From the NCBI GenBank assembly GCA_001920875.1, contig MNKP01000024.1:5990-29989 (forward strand): DNA of 24,000 nt. Reading direction: 5' to 3'. The position numbers and the translations under genes are program-made. Below the pieces are notes generated by a model. It worked only from the letters and a program-made list of their open reading frames with translations, did no database searches and was not told the DNA's origin. This document shows positions 14,998 through 21,376 of the stretch, in pieces (the stretch's first letter is position 1; each line of letters opens with the position of its first letter). Origin of the DNA: Acidobacteria bacterium 13_1_20CM_2_55_15. GTDB taxonomy: Bacteria; Acidobacteriota; Terriglobia; 20CM-2-55-15.

Positions 14998-15580
14998 TTT
15001 GCTGACGTACATCTCGCTATTGTGCAGCCTGCTGGCTGTCTTCGCCGCGCGGGAATACCGAAGCTGGGAGGCCGCCGGTTTATTGCTCGCGGTTTCCGCG
15101 CTCGCCGATACCTTCGATGGAAAATTCGCTCTGCTCTTCCAACGGACCGAGAACGAGAGCGAATTCGGCGCACAACTCGACAGTCTCGTTGACGCCGTTT
15201 CGTTTGGAATCGTGCCTGTCGTCTGCTTGCAGTCGCTCGTCCAATTCGATTCGGCCTCGGCTCGATTCGAGTTGCTGGTGGCTGCGTTTGTGTACGTTCT
15301 GTGCGCGGTGACCCGGCTTGGCTATTACAATCTACACCATCACGCGCAGTCCGGATTCATCGGACTGCCGACAACTCTAGCTGCTCTTTTGTGGTCGACA
15401 CTGTTCCTCACACATCCATCCGCGATACCCGTTGCTCTGATCTCTGTCCTCGTCGGCGGGGCGATGGTTTCGCCGTTGACCGTTTCCAGGCCGCGAGGTA
15501 TTGCAATGGGAGCGTACATGCTCTGGTTTCTGGTTGTATTTATTTCGTACACATACCGGTTCGTCGCCGGAATCTACTGA
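14963..15580 (+). CDS. CDP-alcohol phosphatidyltransferase family protein (small, PssA/archaetidylserine-synthase-like, divergent motif)
   Basis: DTFDGKFAL-x11-GAQLDSLVDAV resembles DGxxARx8GxxxDxxxD, but the Arg is replaced by Leu and the spacer is 11 residues. There are about six hydrophobic helices. It overlaps the previous gene by 35 nt. Confidence 0.8.
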   Translation: MSYPARYIRLCNLLTYISLLCSLLAVFAAREYRSWEAAGLLLAVSALADTFDGKFALLFQRTENESEFGAQLDSLVDAVSFGIVPVVCLQSLVQFDSASARFELLVAAFVYVLCAVTRLGYYNLHHHAQSGFIGLPTTLAALLWSTLFLTHPSAIPVALISVLVGGAMVSPLTVSRPRGIAMGAYMLWFLVVFISYTYRFVAGIY

Positions 15581-15583
15581 CCG

Positions 15584-16651
15584 ATGCGCGATAGCAGTGT
15601 TCGGGAGCTTCGAGCAGATCTGCAAAAACGAGGCTGTTACGAAAAGCACACGGCGCGGATCCTCTTCGACCTGAGCATCAGTGCTCTAATGGCGGCTGGT
15701 GGACTTGTGGTGTATCTCGCGGCTTCGGGATCAGTCGCGCGCACATGTGGTCTGATCGTGTGGACTGCAGGCAGCATCGGAATCGGCACTAACACACACA
15801 ATTCCTCTCATTATGCGACCGCCAAGAAACGCTGGGTAAACGAATTGCTGACCTATATCGGCTATCCTGTCTATTTTGGCCTGTCGGCGACCTACTGGTG
15901 GCACAAACATGTGCTTGTCCACCATAGCGCCCCGAATGTAATAGGCGTTGATGGCGACGCGGATCTGTCTCCATGGTTTGCAACTACAACGGATGAAGTT
16001 CGGCTATCGTCGGGAATGCGGAGGTTTTTCTATGTGCACCTCCAGCGATTCGTTTTTCCTGTCGCTATTTCCCTGACATTATTCAGCCAACAAATTGCCG
16101 GATACATCCATCTGGCTCGATCGCTTCGCAGCAAAAAGCGTCAGCTAGCGCACGGCGTCGACCTTGCCGCCCTGTTAGCGCACGTCGTCCTCACCCTGGG
16201 CATTCCGATGTTCTTCTTTAGTCCTTCGAACGTCATCGCATTCTACGTCCTACGCAATGCTCTCATGTCGTACGCGATGTTCTCGGTATTTGCTCCTGCG
16301 CACTTTCTTTCGGAAGCGTCACGGCTTGACAAGAACGTCGCACAGTTCGACTATCTGCTCACGCTGACTGCGACGACATTGAATTTCCGAATGGGACGCC
16401 TGGGAAGACTGTTGTGTTCCGGACTTGAATACCAGATCGAGCATCATCTTCTTCCCGATATTAGCTATGTCCACTATCCGGCTATCAGTAATTTAGTGGA
16501 GCAGTTCTGTAAGAGTCACGCGTTCCCCTACCGGCGATATCGATGGGAGTTCGCGTTGTGGCGTTCGCTATCCGCGGTTAGCAACCCATGCGAGATTGTG
16601 CGTGACGCGAGTGTCCTTCATTGGCCGGTAGGTGCCAAAGGCGCTGGCTAG
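15584..16651 (+). CDS. membrane fatty-acid desaturase family protein with a Q-type third His box (front-end-desaturase-like)
   Basis: His boxes are HNSSH, HKHVLVHH and QIEHH(LLP). A QxxHH third box is the hallmark of front-end and sphingolipid-type desaturases. There is no cytochrome b5 domain. It starts 3 nt after the upstream stop. Confidence 0.9.
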   Translation: MRDSSVRELRADLQKRGCYEKHTARILFDLSISALMAAGGLVVYLAASGSVARTCGLIVWTAGSIGIGTNTHNSSHYATAKKRWVNELLTYIGYPVYFGLSATYWWHKHVLVHHSAPNVIGVDGDADLSPWFATTTDEVRLSSGMRRFFYVHLQRFVFPVAISLTLFSQQIAGYIHLARSLRSKKRQLAHGVDLAALLAHVVLTLGIPMFFFSPSNVIAFYVLRNALMSYAMFSVFAPAHFLSEASRLDKNVAQFDYLLTLTATTLNFRMGRLGRLLCSGLEYQIEHHLLPDISYVHYPAISNLVEQFCKSHAFPYRRYRWEFALWRSLSAVSNPCEIVRDASVLHWPVGAKGAG

Positions 16652-17136
16652 TCGGGGAGAATCTTCTGGGAGCAGTTAATACCCGACATGACGTCTGTAC
16701 CAAAAAGTTCGACATAATTGACCTTTGGCAAGAGAAATGACGAGTCGATGTTGGCGAAGATCTTCTGCAGATACGCGCGGTGTCCATCAATTGTAGTCTC
16801 GGCGCGGACCTGACCGTCCTCTTCATATACTTCGATTTCGACTCGCTTCTGAGAGACCACTGTCAGCACATAGTGACTGGGCGATTTGGTCCGCAGGTGT
16901 ATGCCATAAGCTCTTGTTCTTTCGAGAAAATTTAAGGCCTGGCGCTTGCCATTAGCTGAGCCCATCGTCCAGTACACGATAACCGGCTCGCGCGGATCCA
17001 AGTGGCCGCTGCCATCGAGATGCGCGTCGTAGTGCACCACGTTACCGTTAGTTGTCCGCTCGATAATGAACAACTGTTTGTCTGGGGCTCGCATCAGAAT
17101 TGGCGATGCTAGAAGCAGGATTATTTTGAATCTCAT
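16648..17136 (-). CDS. secreted beta-rich hypothetical protein, DUF4833-like (family recalled from memory, unverified)
   Basis: The signal peptide is MRFKIILLLASPILMRAP. LFIIERTTNGNVVHYDAHL...VIVYWTM...ALNFLERTRAYG resembles DUF4833 proteins as I remember them. Its stop shares the tetranucleotide CTAG (16648-16651) with the convergent desaturase stop. Confidence 0.75.
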   Translation of the reverse strand: MRFKIILLLASPILMRAPDKQLFIIERTTNGNVVHYDAHLDGSGHLDPREPVIVYWTMGSANGKRQALNFLERTRAYGIHLRTKSPSHYVLTVVSQKRVEIEVYEEDGQVRAETTIDGHRAYLQKIFANIDSSFLLPKVNYVELFGTDVMSGINCSQKILPD

Positions 17137-17228
17137 TGAATGCCATTTTAGCTAACTGCTTACAGTCGAACCAAAAAAGAGAAATCCGGATTTTATCCAA
17201 CGCAACCATAACGCCGACGGTACTTCGC

Positions 17229-17444
17229 TTACTTTTGGCCGTAGTACCTGCCGAAGGTTTCGTAATAGAGACGGTTCAGCCATCGCAGGTATTTCTCCCA
17301 GTTTTGGCCGTTGCTCCGGAAAGTCAACCGGATCATTTCGTTCAGATCCATATCGAAGAAATCGGCGGGAAGGCGATCCCGTACGCCGGGAATCGGCCAG
17401 TATTCCTGAAAGAACGGGATCAATTGAAGGCGGCGCAGCATCAT
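17229..17444 (-). CDS. small hypothetical protein (72 aa from MMLRRL...; the track ORF extends to 17540)
   Basis: The sequence LIPFFQEYWPIPGVRDRLPADFFDMDLNEMIRLTFRSNGQNWEKYLRWLNRLYYETFGRYYGQK looks natural. The longer 103-aa version overlaps the upstream gene by 38 nt. It could instead be a frameshifted C-terminus of that gene. Confidence 0.5.
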   Translation of the reverse strand: MMLRRLQLIPFFQEYWPIPGVRDRLPADFFDMDLNEMIRLTFRSNGQNWEKYLRWLNRLYYETFGRYYGQK

Positions 17445-17502
17445 CCACTGGGAATGCGGCTGTCGATGTCGAACAGTGCAACGCGACGCATACTGGCGGA
17501 CG

Positions 17503-18372
17503 TCACGAAACTTGGGCGAGACGTTGCATGTATTGGACATGAAGCCGCGGATGAAGCGCCTTCAATTGTTTTCGCGCATCGATGAGCTCGCCGTCGGAGC
17601 AAAACGGCTTGTTTTCGCTGACGATCCAATAGAGACAAAAGCGGCGCGACGATGGCGACTCGATAAAGGCCGCGCCGAATTTCCGCTTGAATCCGTCGAA
17701 TTCGCCGCGCGATGAGAACCGCGCGGGCGGCAATTCCCCGGCGGCACATAATTCAGGGAAAGCCCATTCGGCTTCATCTGCGGAGCGCAATCGGGCGAGG
17801 AAGCGGGGATCTTCGATCAAAGCCCACCTGTCCTCCGGCAATCCCAACAGGAACGACCAGTGGTAATTGGAATGCGCCACAGGTCCATGTCCGAGCCGGA
17901 AATCGCAGTTGCCGAGCTGAAGCCGAACTTTCCAGCCATCGCCAATCTGCCGGATCTCGTTTTCATAACGCCGTCGCGCATTCCGCGGCTGCTCAGCCAA
18001 GAGATAAAAGTCTCCGAGCGAGCGGCCCGCGGCCGTGCGCAGTTCCTCAAACAACTTCCGATTCGAGGCCAGAAGCCGCGAAAAGAAGTTGCGCCTTAGC
18101 GATGCTGTCCAGGATCTGGAAACATCGAGCGTGTTCAGCCGCGCTTCCAGTTTTTGCCAGGCTCCGTAGCCGGAGTCTAGATCCATCGGTTTAGCCGCCA
18201 GCTTGGATCCCGCACGCACCAATTCCGGTTCCCAGATGAGTTTGGCTTCCGGCCAGAAGCGATGAAATTCTTCCAGCCGTCGCAACGCGCTGTGAAAATC
18301 CAGACGCGCGATCGCATCTTGCAGTTCGGTTCTCGCCATGACTTCCGGTTCGAAAAGCAAACCCTGCTGCAT
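17503..18372 (-). CDS. hypothetical protein (289 aa)
   Basis: Long ORF. Its ATG directly abuts the upstream TAG, and GGAGG lies 4 nt upstream, which suggests translational coupling. I recognise no motif. Confidence 0.8.
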   Translation of the reverse strand: MQQGLLFEPEVMARTELQDAIARLDFHSALRRLEEFHRFWPEAKLIWEPELVRAGSKLAAKPMDLDSGYGAWQKLEARLNTLDVSRSWTASLRRNFFSRLLASNRKLFEELRTAAGRSLGDFYLLAEQPRNARRRYENEIRQIGDGWKVRLQLGNCDFRLGHGPVAHSNYHWSFLLGLPEDRWALIEDPRFLARLRSADEAEWAFPELCAAGELPPARFSSRGEFDGFKRKFGAAFIESPSSRRFCLYWIVSENKPFCSDGELIDARKQLKALHPRLHVQYMQRLAQVS

Positions 18373-19254
18373 CTAGCCTCCGCAGCATTTCTTGAATTTT
18401 TTGCCGCTGCCGCAAGGACACGGATCGTTGCGGCCGGCCTGGGCCGCCGCAACAGCCTGAAGTATTACGCCTGCGGGCGCCGCTGGTGCGGATTGGAGCT
18501 TCTTGCGAGGCGCAGGCTCAGTCTTGTCGAAGCACGCCCACCAACTCATCGCCGCTTCAACATCCGAGATCATGCGGTATCGGTCTTTCAGGAATCGCAG
18601 GCTGGCTTCTTTCCCGCGGGCCAGAGCGTCTTGGATATCGTCCCAACCGATGTATCCCGGCTCGATATAGCCTTCTTCGTAGGCGCGGCGGATCTTGTCC
18701 ATGACCTCCTCCGGCCGGAGGTCCGCGCACGCGGAGGCAAGTCCGTTCCAGATCATGGGCGGCTCCGGCTCGAAGACGTCGAACAGCCGGTCAAAATATG
18801 CCATCACCTCCTCACGGTTGCGCAAACCGCATGCAACGAGGGTCAAAAGACCGTCCAAAGCCGCCGCTCTCACGTACTCATCGGCCTTCGCATTCTCTGC
18901 CAAGGCGGTCATACCGCCAATGTCGCCGCCGGAAACAGATGCCAGAATCGACCCCAAACCTTCAGTGACGACATCGCCTGCCAGATCGTGTATGGATTCG
19001 GCGGGCGCCGAAAATATTTTCACCAGTAAGGGATAAGCGCGCGTCTCGCGGAATTGCGCCAGCAGGTACATTGCGAAGATGTGGACCATCCGGTCCTCGC
19101 TCGCGAATGGCCGGGGATCCCGTGCAGCGTCTTCCAAGACTCCGAGCAGCGCTGGAGTTAGGTCTTCGCGCCGGGCGACGGCCTCCCGGACTGCCGTTCG
19201 GGGGAAGCGGCCGATGGAGTGGTCGAATTGCGAAAGAATGTCATCGATTTGCAT
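18373..19254 (-). CDS. DUF1186-like protein with a C-terminal SEC-C metal-binding motif
   Basis: The C-terminus GRNDPCPCGSGKKFKKCCGG is a canonical SEC-C motif. The body resembles DUF1186 proteins, a recognition from memory. Confidence 0.85.
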   Translation of the reverse strand: MQIDDILSQFDHSIGRFPRTAVREAVARREDLTPALLGVLEDAARDPRPFASEDRMVHIFAMYLLAQFRETRAYPLLVKIFSAPAESIHDLAGDVVTEGLGSILASVSGGDIGGMTALAENAKADEYVRAAALDGLLTLVACGLRNREEVMAYFDRLFDVFEPEPPMIWNGLASACADLRPEEVMDKIRRAYEEGYIEPGYIGWDDIQDALARGKEASLRFLKDRYRMISDVEAAMSWWACFDKTEPAPRKKLQSAPAAPAGVILQAVAAAQAGRNDPCPCGSGKKFKKCCGG

Positions 19255-19508
19255 AAGCGTTCTGAAAAAGTTCGCGAATGACCTGATACGGCTTGATGGG
19301 AGTATCCGATAAATAAGCGGAGGTTGTGGAATCTTGATACGAGTTCTTCTCGATCCTTTACGCAGTAAACGATTCGCGTGGGGAGGAACAATTCGTCCGT
19401 CAGCGTCATCATCAGGCGACGGCCATCACTGCGTTGGAAAAGACCGTTGGATGCCCCGCCAACGCCGCTGCTGCCGATGCGTGCAAGAAATTTTCCCAGC
19501 TCGATCAT
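19158..19508 (-). CDS. hypothetical protein (116 aa; 3' end uncertain)
   Basis: The first ~60 codons have GC-rich third positions. The last ~32 codons overlap the start of the SEC-C gene (19158-19254) and look non-coding-like, so the real end may differ. Confidence 0.45.
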   Translation of the reverse strand: MIELGKFLARIGSSGVGGASNGLFQRSDGRRLMMTLTDELFLPTRIVYCVKDREELVSRFHNLRLFIGYSHQAVSGHSRTFSERLCKSMTFFRNSTTPSAASPERQSGRPSPGAKT

Positions 19509-19861
19509 GGTTCACATCCTACAAACACAGATCCCCATCCGAGGTCCAGGTGAATGACCGGATTCCCGGGCGACCCGTTTAATCAGACAACGTTGGCTCT
19601 GGAATGCTAGGCGCTCGTTCCCGGCGCGGTTTTCCAAGATCTGAAAGAGACCGAATTGACAGGAGTTGCCGATTCTCTGCATTCTATTGCGATGATCGAA
19701 CCCGAACGAAAAGATACAGAACGTTCCAAAGAACCGGAACCGACATGGGAAAAGGGTGCCGCAGAATATCGTGATCAAGTTCGACCGACAAGGCAAGTGA
19801 CGGTGAGGCCTCCCGAGAAACTGCGCTAACAAGTCTTTCTGCCACGAGAGGTCCGGTTTCT

Positions 19862-20326
19862 GTGGGTGTAAGTCCGGACGAAGATATGGGTATCGGCATA
19901 CGGCAGATCTTAGTCAACGATAAGGATGAAGTTCTCCTGCTGACCAACCGATTCTTTAAGAAGCTCTGGGACAAATCACCGGAAGGCCTCCTTCCACAAT
20001 TCGCTGGGCGCCGCGTTCGATGGGCTGAAGCGGCAGTGGAAATCCAGAATTACCGGCCAATCGCTATTCTACGGGTCGTCTATTCATACATGTCCTTCGA
20101 TGCTAATGGCCGGCTCGACACGGACAGACTGATGCAGGATGCTGCGCTGAAGATAGAGGCCGGAATCGGGGATATTTTTGTAACGAAGTCAGACAAAGTA
20201 ATCAATGCCTCAGCCCGATTTGCGGCTCGCCGCCGGGATCATGAAGCCGTCTGGAGACCGAGCGCGAAGGTGGAAAAAGCCATCTATGACGCCGCACTCG
20301 GCGCAAACAGATCCGGCCGCTTCTGA
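19862..20326 (+). CDS. hypothetical protein (154 aa; alternative start ATG 19886)
   Basis: The ORF is uninterrupted and its sequence looks natural (…RVRWAEAAVEIQNYRPIAILRVVYSYMSFDANGRLDTDRLMQDAALKIEAG…). I recognise no motif. Confidence 0.7.
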   Translation: MGVSPDEDMGIGIRQILVNDKDEVLLLTNRFFKKLWDKSPEGLLPQFAGRRVRWAEAAVEIQNYRPIAILRVVYSYMSFDANGRLDTDRLMQDAALKIEAGIGDIFVTKSDKVINASARFAARRRDHEAVWRPSAKVEKAIYDAALGANRSGRF

Positions 20327-20411
20327 CAAACAGTTTTGCCGTGGCTTTCATTTCGTAAACCCTTCCGCAAAGGCCGGATTGCCGCTCATGCCGGCCAGGG
20401 CCTTCTCGCGT

Positions 20412-21126
20412 ACGGAAACGATCGGGTCTGTCATAACGATCATTTTCTCCGGGAGCAAGTTGATCGTGTTCCGCCGTGAACTAATCTTTTTGCGTCCGAA
20501 GATAATCATATCCAGTGCGGAGAAGACTATTGCCGGTACGAAAATAATTATGTCACGTTCAAACCATATTGCTTCCCTGCCGGACTTAATCGTCTTGGAA
20601 GCGAAGATAATCATGTTCGAGCCGGAAATGATCGTCTCGAAGCTGGAAATAAGTATTTCCACGACGACCAAGACTGCTTGAGTCTCGCACTTGACCGCTA
20701 CGATGGCAAACAAGACCGCTACAATGACGGAAAAGACCGCTACGGTGACAACAAAGACCGCTACAATGACGGAAAAGACCGCTACAATCGGCGGTCTCTG
20801 TAAGTATATGAAATGGCTTTACTTAAATGGCCATCGAAAAGACCGCTACGATGGCATCGATAATTATCTCCGTCCTCAAGAAGACCGCTACGAGAACGGA
20901 GATGGTTATTGACGCCTTAACAATAATCACGTGGACGCCGGAAATAATCGTTTCGAGTTCACAGTTAACCATGTGGAAGCCGAAGTCAATCATCTCCGGT
21001 GCGGAGTCAAGTATTTCCAGGACGGAATTGATCATCGGTGAAGCGAAGTTAACCGTTTTGAAGGCAAAGGCATTTATTTCCGGACCGGACTTGATTATCG
21101 GCGTGACGAACATGATCATCTCGGCG
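20412..21126. repeat. about 34 contiguous degenerate 21-bp tandem repeats (consensus nCGGAAnTnATCnTnTCnnnn; central subfamily AAGACCGCTACaATGacgga)
   Basis: Units phase perfectly at 20412+21k up to 20810. One 22-nt unit (20811-20832) adds a +1 shift. Units then phase at 20833+21k up to 21126. Examples are ccggaaatgatcgtctcgaag (20622), gcgaagataatcatgttcgag (20601), ccggaaataatcgtttcgagt (20938) and ccgaagtcaatcatctccggt (20980). Both strands carry long heptad-periodic ORFs (PEMIVSK, AKIIMFE on +; FETIISG, SNMIIFA on -). No frame is continuous across the whole array. Confidence 0.85.
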
Positions 21127-21376
21127 CCGCTTTTTTCCTTCCGCTGCTCCTTTCAGCGTGGCTCCACCACTCTTCATTTGAGTGAACTGGGGTGTCCGGC
21201 TGGAGAAGGTGCCGGGACCTTATGCGCCGCAACGGTGTACTTCGCGGACGCCCGGACCACTACCGCGAAACCGCATAGGGGACCTTAAGGTCGAGCCTTC
21301 GGGTGCCAAAATCAGCCTGCGGCTTACCTTCTGCTGTACAGATTTGTTTGAGATCCGCGGAATCGTTTTCCGTGCC

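Noticed and set aside
17136-17585. 149-aa + strand ORF
   Set aside because: It is entirely antisense to better minus-strand ORFs (17229..17540 and the end of 17503..18372) and has an unnatural composition. It is a shadow ORF.
19594-19608. Sigma-54-like promoter TGGCTC-N-TGCT in the divergent intergenic region
   Set aside because: The GG and GC elements are separated by 9 nt rather than the canonical 10, and the flanking consensus bases are poor.
19692-19829. 45-codon hydrophilic ORF (MIEPERKDTERSKEPEPTWEKGAAEYRDQVRPTRQVTVRPPEKLR) in the divergent intergenic region
   Set aside because: There is no Shine-Dalgarno sequence, the sequence is low-complexity and charged, and it lies where the promoters of both flanking genes are expected. 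I cannot support it without conservation or expression data.
20799-20830. GTAAGTAT ... TTTACTTAA looks like a eukaryotic 5' splice site plus branch point
   Set aside because: The context is clearly bacterial (operons with ATGA overlaps and Shine-Dalgarno sites). The segment stays in the 21-bp phase of the array apart from one extra base, so it is simply a diverged AT-rich repeat unit.
20412-21126. CRISPR array
   Set aside because: The units are contiguous 21-mers with no unique spacers and are highly degenerate. They are also much shorter than CRISPR repeat-plus-spacer periods, and no cas genes are present in the window.
21182-21376. 65-codon N-terminal extension of the amidase (track start 21182)
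   Set aside because: Amidase-family similarity begins only around NIDEYAKYDALGLAELV (about 21440). The extension is Pro/Arg/Cys-rich and overlaps the tail of a repeat-derived ORF. In-frame GTG 21377 is a more plausible start, but this is unverified.
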